The notes beneath the pieces were generated by a model. It was not told the origin of the DNA, did not search any database, and saw only the letters and a list, made by a program, of their open reading frames with translations. From NCBI GenBank assembly GCA_964016885.1, contig OZ024743.1, positions 219,914,001 to 219,978,000 on the forward strand: 64,000 nucleotides of DNA, read 5' to 3'. Made by a program: the position numbers and the translations under genes. The stretch comes from Eledone cirrhosa. Lineage: Eukaryota. Below, one piece after another: positions 27,301 to 42,300 of the stretch. Position 1 is the stretch's first letter, and every line of letters begins with the position of its first letter.

Positions 27301-30300
27301 AAACTAGAAATGTGCAGGGTAGATAGCACACTGATCTGTAAATATTCAGGTAGACAACACCTTAAACTAGAAATGTGCAGGGTAGATAGCACACTGAACT
27401 GTAAATATTCAGGTAGACAACACGTTAAACTAGAAATGAGCAGGGTAGATAGCACACTGATCTGTAAATATTCAGGTAGACAACACGTTAAACTAGAAAT
27501 GTGCAGGGTAGATAGCACACTGATCTGTAAATATTCAGGTAGACAACACGTTAAACTAGAAATGTGCAGGGTAGATAGCACACTGATCTGTAAATATTCA
27601 GGTAGACAACACGTTAAACTGGAAATGTGCAGGGTAGATAGCACACTGATCTGTAAATATTCAGGTAGACAACACGTTAAACTAGAAATGTGCAGGGTAG
27701 ATAGCACACTGATCTGTAAATATTCAGGTAGACAACACCTTAAACTAGAAATGTGCAGGGTAGATAGCACACTGATCTGTAAATATTCAGGTCGACAACA
27801 CGTTAAACTAGAAATGTGCAGGGTAGATAGCACACTGATCTGTAAATATTCAGGTAGACAACACGTTAAACTAGAAATGTGCAGGGTAGATAGCACACTG
27901 AACTGTAAATATTCAGGTAGACAACACCTTAAACTAGAAATATGCAGGGTAGATAGCACACTCATCTGTAAATATTCAGGTAGACAACACCTTAAACTAG
28001 AAATGTGCAGGGTAGATAGCACACTGAACTGTAAATATTCAGGTAGACAACACCTTAAACTAGAAATGTGCAGGGTAGATAGCACACTGAACTGTAGATA
28101 TTCAGGTAGACAACACGTTAAACTAGAAATGTGCAGGGTAGATAGCACACGGATCTGTAAATATTCAGGTAGACAACACCTTAAACTAGAAATGTGCAGG
28201 GTAGATAGCACAATGAACTGTAAATATTCAGGTAGACAACACGTTAATCTAGAAATGTGCAGGGTAGATAGCACACTGATCTGTAAATATTCAGGTAGAC
28301 AACACGTTAAACTAGAAATGTGCAGGGTAGATAGCACACTGATCTGTAAATATTCAGGTAGACAACACGTTAAACTAGAAATGTGCAGGGTAGATAGCAC
28401 ACTGATCTGTAAATATTCAGGTAGACAACACGTTAAACTAGAAATGTGCAGGGTAGATAGCACACTGATCTGTAAATATTCAGGTAGACAACACGTTAAA
28501 CTAGAAATGTGCAGGGTAGATAGCACACTGAATTGTAAATATTCAGGTAGACAACACCTTAAACTAGAAATGTGCAGGGTAGATAGCACACTGATCTGTA
28601 AATATTCAGGTAGACAACACCTTAAACTAGAAATGTGCAGGGTAGATAGCACACTGATCTGTAAATATTCAGGTAGACAACACGTTAAACTAGAAATGTG
28701 CAGGGTAGATAGCACACTGATCTGTAAATATTCAGGTAGACAACAAGTTAAACTAGAAATGTGCAGGGTAGATAGCACACTGAACTGTAAATATTCAGTT
28801 AGACAACACCTTAAAATAGAAATGTGCAGGGTAGATAGCACACTGATCTGTAAATATTCAGGTAGACAACACGTTAAACTAGAAATGTGCAGGGTAGATA
28901 GCACACTGATCTGTAAATATTCAGGTAGACAACACCTTAAACTAGAAATGTGCAGGGTAGATAGCACACTGAACTGTAAATATTCAGGTAGACAACACGT
29001 TAAACTAGAAATGTGCAGGGTAGATAGCACACTGATCTGTAAATATTCAAGTAGACAACACGTTAAACTAGAAATGTGCAGGGTAGATAGCACACTGATC
29101 TGTAAATATTCAGGTAGACAACACGTTAAACTAGAAATGTGCAGGGTAGATAGCACACTGATCTGTAAATATTCAGGTAGACAACACGTTAAACTAGAAA
29201 TGTGCAGGGTAGATAGCACACTGATCTGTAAATATTCAGGTAGACAACACGTTAAACTAGAAATGTGCAGGGTAGATAGCACACTGATCTGTAAATATTC
29301 AGGTAGACAACACGTTAAACTAGAAATGTGCAGAGTAGATAGCACACTGATCTGTAAATATTCAGGTCGACAACACGTTAAACTAGAAATGTGCAGGGTA
29401 GATAGCACACTGAACTGTAAATATTCAGGTAGACAACACCTTAAACTAGATATGTGCAGGGTAGATAGCACACTGAACTGTAAATATTCAGGTAGACAAC
29501 ACCTTAAACTAGAAATGTGCAGGGTAGATAGCACACTGAACTGTAGATATTCAGGTAGACAACACGTTAAACTAGAAATGTGCAGGGTAGATAGCACACG
29601 GATCTGTAAATATTCAGGTAGACAACACCTTAAACTAGAAATGTGCAGGGTAGATAGCACACTGAACTGTAAATATTCAGGTAGACAACACGTTAATCTA
29701 GAAATGTGCAGGGTAGATAGCACACTGATCTGTAAATATTCAGGTAGACAACACGTTAAACTAGAAATGTGCAGGGTAGATAGCACACTGATCTGTAAAT
29801 ATTCAGGTAGACAACACGTTAAACTAGAAATGTGCAGGGTAGATAGCACACTGATCTGTAAATATTCAGGTAGACAACACGTTAAACTAGAAATGTGCAG
29901 GGTAGATAGCACACTGATCTGTAAATATTCAGGTAGACAACACGTTAAACTAGAAATGTGCAGGGTAGATAGCACACTGATCTGTAAATATTCAGGTAGA
30001 CAACACCTTAAAATAGAAATGTGCAGGGTAGATAGCACACTGATCTGTAAATATTCAGGTAGACAACACGTTAAACTAGAAATGTGCAGGGTAGATAGCA
30101 CACTGATCTGTAAATATTCATGTAGACAACACCTTAAACTAGAAATGTGCAGGGTAGATAGCACACTGATCTGTAAATATTCAGGTAGACAACACCTTAA
30201 ACTAGAAATGTGCAGGGTAGATAGCACACTGAACTGTAAATATTCAGGTAGACAACACGTTAAACTAGAAATGTGCAGGGTAGATAGCACACTGATCTGT

Positions 30301-33300
30301 AAATATTCAGGTCGACAACACGTTAAACTAGAAATGTGCAGGGTAGATAGCACACTGATCTGTAAATATTCAGGTAGACAACACCTTAAACTAGAAATGT
30401 GCAGGGTAGATAGCACACTGAACTGTAAATATTCAGGTAGACAACACCTTAAACTAGAAATGTGCAGGGTAGATAGCACACTGATCTGTAAATATTCAGG
30501 TAGACAACACCTTAAACTAGAAATGTGCAGGGTAGATAGCACACTGAACTGTGCATATTCAGGTAGACAACACCTTAAACTAGAAATGTGCAGGGTAGAT
30601 AGCACACTGAACTGTAAATATTCAGGTCGACAACACGTTAAACTAGAAATGTGCAGGGTAGATAGCACACTGATCTGTAAATATTCAGGTAGACAACACC
30701 TTAAATTAGAAATGTGCAGGGTAGATAGCACACTGAACTGTAAATATTCAGGTAGACAACACCTTAAACTAGAAATGTGCAGGGTAGATAGCACACTGAT
30801 CTGTAAATATTCAGGTAGACAACAGGTTAAACTAGAAATGTGCAGGGTAGATAGCACACTGAACTGTAAATATTCAGGTAGACAACACCTTAAAATAGAA
30901 ATGTGCAGGGTAGATAGCACACTGATCTGTAAATATTCAGGTAGACAACACGTTAAACTAGAAATGTGCAGGGTAGATAGCACACTGATCTGTAAATATT
31001 CAGGTAGACAACACGTTAAACTAGAAATGTGCAGGGTAGATAGCACACTGATCTGTAAATATTCAGGTAGACAACACGTTAAACTGGAAATGTGCAGGGT
31101 AGATAGCACACTGATCTGTAAATATTCAGGTAGACAACACGTTAAACTAGAAATGTGCAGGGTAGATAGCACACTGATCTGTAAATATTCAGGTAGACAA
31201 CACCTTAAACTAGAAATGTGCAGGGTAGATAGCACACTGATCTGTAAATATTCAGGTCGACAACACGTTAAACTAGAAATGTGCAGGGTAGATAGCACAC
31301 TGATCTGTAAATATTCAGGTAGACAACACGTTAAACTAGAAATGTGCAGGGTAGATAGCACACTGAACTGTAAATATTCAGGTAGACAACACCTTAAACT
31401 AGAAATATGCAGGGTAGATAGCACACTCATCTGTAAATATTCAGGTAGACAACACCTTAAACTAGAAATGTGCAGGGTAGATAGCACACTGAACTGTAAA
31501 TATTCAGGTAGACAACACCTTAAACTAGAAATGTGCAGGGTAGATAGCACACTGAACTGTAGATATTCAGGTAGACAACACGTTAAACTAGAAATGTGCA
31601 GGGTAGATAGCACACGGATCTGTAAATATTCAGGTAGACAACACCTTAAACTAGAAATGTGCAGGGTAGATAGCACAATGAACTGTAAATATTCAGGTAG
31701 ACAACACGTTAATCTAGAAATGTGCAGGGTAGATAGCACACTGATCTGTAAATATTCAGGTAGACAACACGTTAAACTAGAAATGTGCAGGGTAGATAGC
31801 ACACTGATCTGTAAATATTCAGGTAGACAACACGTTAAACTAGAAATGTGCAGGGTAGATAGCACACTGATCTGTAAATATTCAGGTAGACAACACGTTA
31901 AACTAGAAATGTGCAGGGTAGATAGCACACTGATCTGTAAATATTCAGGTAGACAACACGTTAAACTAGAAATGTGCAGGGTAGATAGCACACTGATCTG
32001 TAAATATTCAGGTAGACAACACCTTAAACTAGAAATGTGCAGGGTAGATAGCACACTGAACTGTAAATATTCAGGTAGACAACACCTTAAACTAGAAATG
32101 TGCAGGGTAGATAGCACACTGATCTGTAAATATTCAGGTAGACAACACCTTAAACTAGAAATGTGCAGGGTAGATAGCACACTGAACTGTGCATATTCAG
32201 GTAGACAACACCTTAAACTAGAAATGTGCAGGGTAGATAGCACACTGAACTGTAAATATTCAGGTCGACAACACGTTAAACTAGAAATGTGCAGGGTAGA
32301 TAGCACACTGATCTGTAAATATTCAGGTAGACAACACCTTAAATTAGAAATGTGCAGGGTAGATAGCACACTGAACTGTAAATATTCAGGTAGACAACAC
32401 CTTAAACTAGAAATGTGCAGGGTAGATAGCACACTGATCTGTAAATATTCAGGTAGACAACAGGTTAAACTAGAAATGTGCAGGGTAGATAGCACACTGA
32501 ACTGTAAATATTCAGGTAGACAACACCTTAAAATAGAAATGTGCAGGGTAGATAGCACACTGATCTGTAAATATTCAGGTAGACAACACGTTAAACTAGA
32601 AATGTGCAGGGTAGATAGCACACTGATCTGTAAATATTCAGGTAGACAACACGTTAAACTAGAAATGTGCAGGGTAGATAGCACACTGATCTGTAAATAT
32701 TCAGGTAGACAACACGTTAAACTGGAAATGTGCAGGGTAGATAGCACACTGATCTGTAAATATTCAGGTAGACAACACGTTAAACTAGAAATGTGCAGGG
32801 TAGATAGCACACTGATCTGTAAATATTCAGGTAGACAACACCTTAAACTAGAAATGTGCAGGGTAGATAGCACACTGATCTGTAAATATTCAGGTCGACA
32901 ACACGTTAAACTAGAAATGTGCAGGGTAGATAGCACACTGATCTGTAAATATTCAGGTAGACAACACGTTAAACTAGAAATGTGCAGGGTAGATAGCACA
33001 CTGAACTGTAAATATTCAGGTAGACAACACCTTAAACTAGAAATATGCAGGGTAGATAGCACACTCATCTGTAAATATTCAGGTAGACAACACCTTAAAC
33101 TAGAAATGTGCAGGGTAGATAGCACACTGAACTGTAAATATTCAGGTAGACAACACCTTAAACTAGAAATGTGCAGGGTAGATAGCACACTGAACTGTAG
33201 ATATTCAGGTAGACAACACGTTAAACTAGAAATGTGCAGGGTAGATAGCACACGGATCTGTAAATATTCAGGTAGACAACACCTTAAACTAGAAATGTGC

Positions 33301-36300
33301 AGGGTAGATAGCACAATGAACTGTAAATATTCAGGTAGACAACACGTTAATCTAGAAATGTGCAGGGTAGATAGCACACTGATCTGTAAATATTCAGGTA
33401 GACAACACGTTAAACTAGAAATGTGCAGGGTAGATAGCACACTGATCTGTAAATATTCAGGTAGACAACACGTTAAACTAGAAATGTGCAGGGTAGATAG
33501 CACACTGATCTGTAAATATTCAGGTAGACAACACGTTAAACTAGAAATGTGCAGGGTAGATAGCACACTGATCTGTAAATATTCAGGTAGACAACACGTT
33601 AAACTAGAAATGTGCAGGGTAGATAGCACACTGAATTGTAAATATTCAGGTAGACAACACCTTAAACTAGAAATGTGCAGGGTAGATAGCACACTGATCT
33701 GTAAATATTCAGGTAGACAACACCTTAAACTAGAAATGTGCAGGGTAGATAGCACACTGATCTGTAAATATTCAGGTAGACAACACGTTAAACTAGAAAT
33801 GTGCAGGGTAGATAGCACACTGATCTGTAAATATTCAGGTAGACAACAAGTTAAACTAGAAATGTGCAGGGTAGATAGCACACTGAACTGTAAATATTCA
33901 GTTAGACAACACCTTAAAATAGAAATGTGCAGGGTAGATAGCACACTGATCTGTAAATATTCAGGTAGACAACACGTTAAACTAGAAATGTGCAGGGTAG
34001 ATAGCACACTGATCTGTAAATATTCAGGTAGACAACACCTTAAACTAGAAATGTGCAGGGTAGATAGCACACTGAACTGTAAATATTCAGGTAGACAACA
34101 CGTTAATCTAGAAATGTGCAGGGTAGATAGCACACTGATCTGTAAATATTCAGGTAGACAACACGTTAAACTAGAAATGTGCAGGGTAGATAGCACACTG
34201 ATCTGTAAATATTCAGGTAGACAACACGTTAAACTAGAAATGTGCAGGGTAGATAGCACACTGATCTGTAAATATTCAGGTAGACAACACGTTAAACTAG
34301 AAATGTGCAGGGTAGATAGCACACTGATCTGTAAATATTCAGGTAGACAACACGTTAAACTAGAAATGTGCAGGGTAGATAGCACACTGATCTGTAAATA
34401 TTCAGGTAGACAACACCTTAAACTAGAAATGTGCAGGGTAGATAGCACACTGAACTGTAAATATTCAGGTAGACAACACCTTAAACTAGAAATGTGCAGG
34501 GTAGATAGCACACTGATCTGTAAATATTCAGGTAGACAACACCTTAAACTAGAAATGTGCAGGGTAGATAGCACACTGAACTGTGCATATTCAGGTAGAC
34601 AACACCTTAAACTAGAAATGTGCAGGGTAGATAGCACACTGAACTGTAAATATTCAGGTCGACAACACGTTAAACTAGAAATGTGCAGGGTAGATAGCAC
34701 ACTGATCTGTAAATATTCAGGTAGACAACACCTTAAATTAGAAATGTGCAGGGTAGATAGCACACTGAACTGTAAATATTCAGGTAGACAACACCTTAAA
34801 CTAGAAATGTGCAGGGTAGATAGCACACTGATCTGTAAATATTCAGGTAGACAACAGGTTAAACTAGAAATGTGCAGGGTAGATAGCACACTGAACTGTA
34901 AATATTCAGGTAGACAACACCTTAAAATAGAAATGTGCAGGGTAGATAGCACACTGATCTGTAAATATTCAGGTAGACAACACGTTAAACTAGAAATGTG
35001 CAGGGTAGATAGCACACTGATCTGTAAATATTCAGGTAGACAACACGTTAAACTAGAAATGTGCAGGGTAGATAGCACACTGATCTGTAAATATTCAGGT
35101 AGACAACACGTTAAACTGGAAATGTGCAGGGTAGATAGCACACTGATCTGTAAATATTCAGGTAGACAACACGTTAAACTAGAAATGTGCAGGGTAGATA
35201 GCACACTGATCTGTAAATATTCAGGTAGACAACACCTTAAACTAGAAATGTGCAGGGTAGATAGCACACTGATCTGTAAATATTCAGGTCGACAACACGT
35301 TAAACTAGAAATGTGCAGGGTAGATAGCACACTGATCTGTAAATATTCAGGTAGACAACACGTTAAACTAGAAATGTGCAGGGTAGATAGCACACTGAAC
35401 TGTAAATATTCAGGTAGACAACACCTTAAACTAGAAATATGCAGGGTAGATAGCACACTCATCTGTAAATATTCAGGTAGACAACACCTTAAACTAGAAA
35501 TGTGCAGGGTAGATAGCACACTGAACTGTAAATATTCAGGTAGACAACACCTTAAACTAGAAATGTGCAGGGTAGATAGCACACTGAACTGTAGATATTC
35601 AGGTAGACAACACGTTAAACTAGAAATGTGCAGGGTAGATAGCACACGGATCTGTAAATATTCAGGTAGACAACACCTTAAACTAGAAATGTGCAGGGTA
35701 GATAGCACAATGAACTGTAAATATTCAGGTAGACAACACGTTAATCTAGAAATGTGCAGGGTAGATAGCACACTGATCTGTAAATATTCAGGTAGACAAC
35801 ACGTTAAACTAGAAATGTGCAGGGTAGATAGCACACTGATCTGTAAATATTCAGGTAGACAACACGTTAAACTAGAAATGTGCAGGGTAGATAGCACACT
35901 GATCTGTAAATATTCAGGTAGACAACACGTTAAACTAGAAATGTGCAGGGTAGATAGCACACTGATCTGTAAATATTCAGGTAGACAACACGTTAAACTA
36001 GAAATGTGCAGGGTAGATAGCACACTGAATTGTAAATATTCAGGTAGACAACACCTTAAACTAGAAATGTGCAGGGTAGATAGCACACTGATCTGTAAAT
36101 ATTCAGGTAGACAACACCTTAAACTAGAAATGTGCAGGGTAGATAGCACACTGATCTGTAAATATTCAGGTAGACAACACGTTAAACTAGAAATGTGCAG
36201 GGTAGATAGCACACTGATCTGTAAATATTCAGGTAGACAACAAGTTAAACTAGAAATGTGCAGGGTAGATAGCACACTGAACTGTAAATATTCAGTTAGA

Positions 36301-39300
36301 CAACACCTTAAAATAGAAATGTGCAGGGTAGATAGCACACTGATCTGTAAATATTCAGGTAGACAACACGTTAAACTAGAAATGTGCAGGGTAGATAGCA
36401 CACTGATCTGTAAATATTCAGGTAGACAACACCTTAAACTAGAAATGTGCAGGGTAGATAGCACACTGAACTGTAAATATTCAGGTAGACAACACGTTAT
36501 ACTAGAAATGTGCAGGGTAGATAGCACACTGATCTGTAAATATTCAAGTAGACAACACGTTAAACTAGAAATGTGCAGGGTAGATAGCACACTGATCTGT
36601 AAATATTCAGGTAGACAACACGTTAAACTAGAAATGTGCAGGGTAGATAGCACACTGATCTGTAAATATTCAGGTAGACAACACGTTAAACTAGAAATGT
36701 GCAGGGTAGATAGCACACTGATCTGTAAATATTCAGGTAGACAACACGTTAAACTAGAAATGTGCAGGGTAGATAGCACACTGATCTGTAAATATTCAGG
36801 TAGACAACACGTTAAACTAGAAATGTGCAGAGTAGATAGCACACTGATCTGTAAATATTCAGGTCGACAACACGTTAAACTAGAAATGTGCAGGGTAGAT
36901 AGCACACTGAACTGTAAATATTCAGGTAGACAACACCTTAAACTAGAAATGTGCAGGGTAGATAGCACACTGAACTGTAAATATTCAGGTAGACAACACC
37001 TTAAACTAGAAATGTGCAGGGTAGATAGCACACTGAACTGTAGATATTCAGGTAGACAACACGTTAAACTAGAAATGTGCAGGGTAGATAGCACACGGAT
37101 CTGTAAATATTCAGGTAGACAACACCTTAAACTAGAAATGTGCAGGGTAGATAGCACACTGAACTGTAAATATTCAGGTAGACAACACGTTAATCTAGAA
37201 ATGTGCAGGGTAGATAGCACACTGATCTGTAAATATTCAGGTAGACAACACGTTAAACTAGAAATGTGCAGGGTAGGTAGCACACTGATCTGTAAATATT
37301 CAGGTAGACAACACGTTAAACTAGAAATGTGCAGGGTAGATAGCACACTGATCTGTAAATATTCAGGTAGACAACACGTTAAACTAGAAATGTGCAGGGT
37401 AGATAGCACACTGATCTGTAAATATTCAGGTAGACAACACGTTAAACTAGAAATGTGCAGGGTAGATAGCACACTGATCTGTAAATATTCAGGTAGACAA
37501 CACCTTAAAATAGAAATGTGCAGGGTAGATAGCACACTGATCTGTAAATATTCAGGTAGACAACACGTTAAACTAGAAATGTGCAGGGTAGATAGCACAC
37601 TGATCTGTAAATATTCATGTAGACAACACCTTAAACTAGAAATGTGCAGGGTAGATAGCACACTGATCTGTAAATATTCAGGTAGAAAACACCTTAAACT
37701 AGAAATGTGCAGGGTAGATAGCACACTGAACTGTAAATATTCAGGTAGACAACACGTTAAACTAGAAATGTGCAGGGTAGATAGCACACTGATCTGTAAA
37801 TATTCAGGTCGACAACACGTTAAACTAGAAATGTGCAGGGTAGATAGCACACTGATCTGTAAATATTCAGGTAGACAACACCTTAAACTAGAAATGTGCA
37901 GGGTAGATAGCACACTGAACTGTAAATATTCAGGTAGACAACACCTTAAACTAGAAATGTGCAGGGTAGATAGCACACTGATCTGTAAATATTCAGGTAG
38001 ACAACACCTTAAACTAGAAATGTGCAGGGTAGATAGCACACTGAACTGTGCATATTCAGGTAGACAACACCTTAAACTAGAAATGTGCAGGGTAGATAGC
38101 ACACTGAACTGTAAATATTCAGGTCGACAACACGTTAAACTAGAAATGTGCAGGGTAGATAGCACACTGATCTGTAAATATTCAGGTAGACAACACCTTA
38201 AATTAGAAATGTGCAGGGTAGATAGCACACTGAACTGTAAATATTCAGGTAGACAACACCTTAAACTAGAAATGTGCAGGGTAGATAGCACACTGATCTG
38301 TAAATATTAAGGTAGACAACACGTTAAACTAGAAATGTGCAGGGTAGATAGCACACTGATCTGTAAATATTAAGGTAGACAACACGTTAAACTAGAAATG
38401 TGCAGGGTAGATAGCACACTGAACTGTAAATATTCAGGTAGACAACACGTTAGACTAGAAATGTGCAGGGTAGATAGCACACTGATCTGTAAATATTAAG
38501 GTAGACAACACGTTAAACTAGAAATGTGCAGGGTAGATAGCACACTGAACTGTAAATATTCAAGTAGACAACACCTTAAACTAGAAATGTGCAGGGTAGA
38601 TAGCACACTGATCTGTAAATATTCAGGTAGACAACACGTTAAACTAGAAATGTGCAGGGTAGATAGCACACTGAACTGTAAATATTCAAGTAGACAACAC
38701 CTTAAACTAGAAATGTGCAGGGTAGATAGCACACTGATCTGTAAATATTCAGGTAGACAACACCTTAAACTAGAAATGTGCAGGGTAGATAGCACACTGA
38801 TCTGTAAATATTCAGGTATACAACACGTTAAACTAGAAATGTGCAGGGTAGATAGCACACTGATCTGTAAATATTCAGGTAGACAACACGTTAAACTAGA
38901 AATATGCAGGGTAGATACCACACTGAACTGTAAATATTCAGGTAGACAACACGTTAAACTAGAAATGTGCAGGGTAGATAGCACACTCATCTGTAAATAT
39001 TCAGGTAGACAACACCTTAAACTAGAAATGTGCAGGGTAGATAGCACACTGATCTGTAAATATTCAGGTAGACAACATGTTAAACTAGAAATGTGCAGGG
39101 TAGATAGCACACTGAACTGTAAATATTCAGGTAGACAACACGTTAAACTAGAAATGTGTAGGGTAGATAGCACACTGAACTGTAAATATTCAGGTAGACA
39201 ACACGTTAAACTAGAAATGTGCAGGGTAGATAGCACACTGATCTGTAAATATTAAGGTAGGCAACACGTTAAACTAGAAATGTGCAGGGTAGATAGCACA

Positions 39301-42300
39301 CTGAACTGTAAATATTCAGGTAGACAACACCTTAAACTAGAAATGTGCAGGGTAGATAGCACACTGATCTGTAAATATTCAGGTAGACAACACGTTAAAC
39401 TAGAAATGTGCAGGGTAGATAGCACACTGAACTGTAAATATTCAGGTAGACAACACCTTAAACTAGAAATATGCAGGGTAGATAGCACACTGATCTGTAA
39501 ATATTCAGGTAGACAACACCTTAAATTAGAAATGTGCAGGGTAGATAGCACACTGAACTGTAAATATTCAGGTAGACAACACCTGAAACTAGAAATGTGC
39601 AGGGTAGATAGCACACTGATCTGTAAATATTCAGGTAGACAACACCTTAAACTAGAAATGTGCAGGGTAGATAGCACACTGAACTGTAAATTTTAAGGTA
39701 GACAACACGTTAAACTAGAAATGTGCAGGGTAGATAGCACACTGAACTGTAAATATTCAAGTAGACAACACCTTAAACTAGAAATGTGCAGGGTAGATAG
39801 CACACTGATCTGTAAATATTCAGGTAGACATCACCTTAAATTAGACATGTGCAGGGTAGATAGCACACTGAACTGTAAACATTCAGGTAGACAACACCTT
39901 AAATTAGAAATGTGCAGGGTAGATAGCACACTGAACTGTAAATATTCAGGTAGACAACACCTTAAACTAGAAATGTGCAGGGTAGATAGCACACTGATCT
40001 GTAAATATTCAGGTAGACAACACCTTAAATTAGAAATGTGCAGGGTAGATAGCACACTGAACTGTAAATATTGAGGTAGACAACACCTTAAACTAGAAAT
40101 GTGCAGGGTAGATAGCACACTGATCTGTAAATATTAAGGTAGACAACACGTTAAACTAGAAATGTGCAGGGTAGATAGCACACTGAACTGTAAATATTCA
40201 GGTAGACAACACGTTAAACTAGAAATGTGCAGGGTAGATAGCACACTGATCTGTAAATATTCAGGTAGACAACACCTTAAATTAGAAATGTGCAGGGTAG
40301 ATAGCACACTGAACTGTAAATATTCAGGTAGACAACACCTTAAATTAGAAATGTGCAGGGTAGATAGCACACTGAACTGTAAATATTCAGGTAGACAACA
40401 CCTTAAACTAGAAATGTGCAGGGTAGATAGCACACTGATCTGTAAATATTCAGGTAGACAACACCTTAAATTAGAAATGTGCAGGGTAGATAGCACACTG
40501 AACTGTAAATATTCAGGTAGACAACACCTTAAACTAGAAATGTGCAGGTTAGATAGCACACTGAACTGTAAATATTCAGGTAGACAACACCTTAAACTAG
40601 AAATGTGCAGGGTAGATAGCACACTGATCTGTAAATATTCAGGTAGACAACACGTTAAACTAGAAATGTGCAGGGTAGATAGCACACTGATCTGTAAATA
40701 TTCAGGTAGACAACACCTTAAACTAGAAATGTGCAGGGTAGATAGCACACTGATCTGTAAATATTAAGGTAGACAACACGTTAAACTAGAAATGTGCAGG
40801 GTAGATAGCACACTGATCTGTAAATATTAAGGTAGACAACACGTTAAACTAGAAATGTGCAGGGTAGATAGCACACTGAACTGTAAATATTCAGGTAGAC
40901 AACACCTTAAACTAGAAATGTGCAGGGTAGATAGCACACTGATCTGTAAATATTCAGGTAGACAACACGTTAAACTAGAAATGTACAGGGTAGATAGCAC
41001 ACTGAACTGTAAATATTCAGGTAGACAACACGTTAAACTAGAAATGTGCAGGGTAGATAGCACACTGATCTGTAAATATTCAGGTAGACAACACGTTAAA
41101 CTAGAAATGTGCAGGGTAGATAGCACACTGATCTGTAAATATTCAGGTAGACAACACCTTAAACTAGAAATGTGCAGGGTAGATAGCACACTGAACTGTA
41201 AATATTCAGGTAGACAACACCTTAAATTAAAAATGTGCAGGGTAGATAGCACACTGAACTGTAAATATTCAGGTAGACAACACGTTAAACTAGAAATGTG
41301 CAGGGTAGGTAGCACACTGAACTGTAAATATTCAGGTAGACAACACCTTAAATTAGAAATGTGCAGGGTAGATAGCACACTGAACTGTAAATATTCAGGT
41401 ATACAACACGTTAAACTAGAAATGTGCAGGGTAGATAGCACACTGATCTGTAAATATTCAGGTAGACAACACGTTAAACTAGAAATGTGCAGGGTAGATA
41501 GCACACTGATCTGTAAATATTCAGGTAGACAACACCTTAAACTAGAAATGTGCAGGGTAGATAGCACACTGATCTGTAAATATTCAGGTAGACAACACCT
41601 TAAACTAGAAATGTGCAGGGTAGATAGCACACTGAACTGTAAATATTCAGGTAGACAACACCTTAAACTAGAAATGTGCAGGGTAGATAGCACACTGATC
41701 TGTAAATATTCAGGTAGACAACACGTTAAACTAGAAATGTGCAGGGTAGATAGCACACTGATCTGTAAATATTCAGGTAGACAACACCTTAAAACTAGAA
41801 ATGTGCAGGGTAGATAGCACACTGAACTGTAAATATTCAGGTAGACAACACCTTAAAACTAGAAATGTGCAGGGTAGATAGCACACTGAACTGTAAATAT
41901 TCAGGTAGACAACACCTTAAATTAGAATTGTGCAGGGTAGATAGCACACTGAACTGTAAATATTCAGGTAGACAACACCTTAAACTAGAAATGTGCAGGG
42001 TAGATAGCACACTGAACTGTAAATATTCAGGTAGACAACACGTTAAACTAGAAATGTGCAGGGTAGATAGCACACTGATCTGTAAATATTCAGGTAGACA
42101 ACACCTTAAACTAGAAATGTGCAGGGTAGATAGCACACTGAACTGTAAATATTCAGGTAGACAACACCTTAAACTAGAAATGTGCAGGGTAGATAGCACA
42201 CTGATCTGTAAATATTCAGGTAGACAACACCTTAAAACTAGAAATGTGCAGGGTAGATAGCACACTGATCTGTAAATATTCAGGTAGACAACACCTTAAA

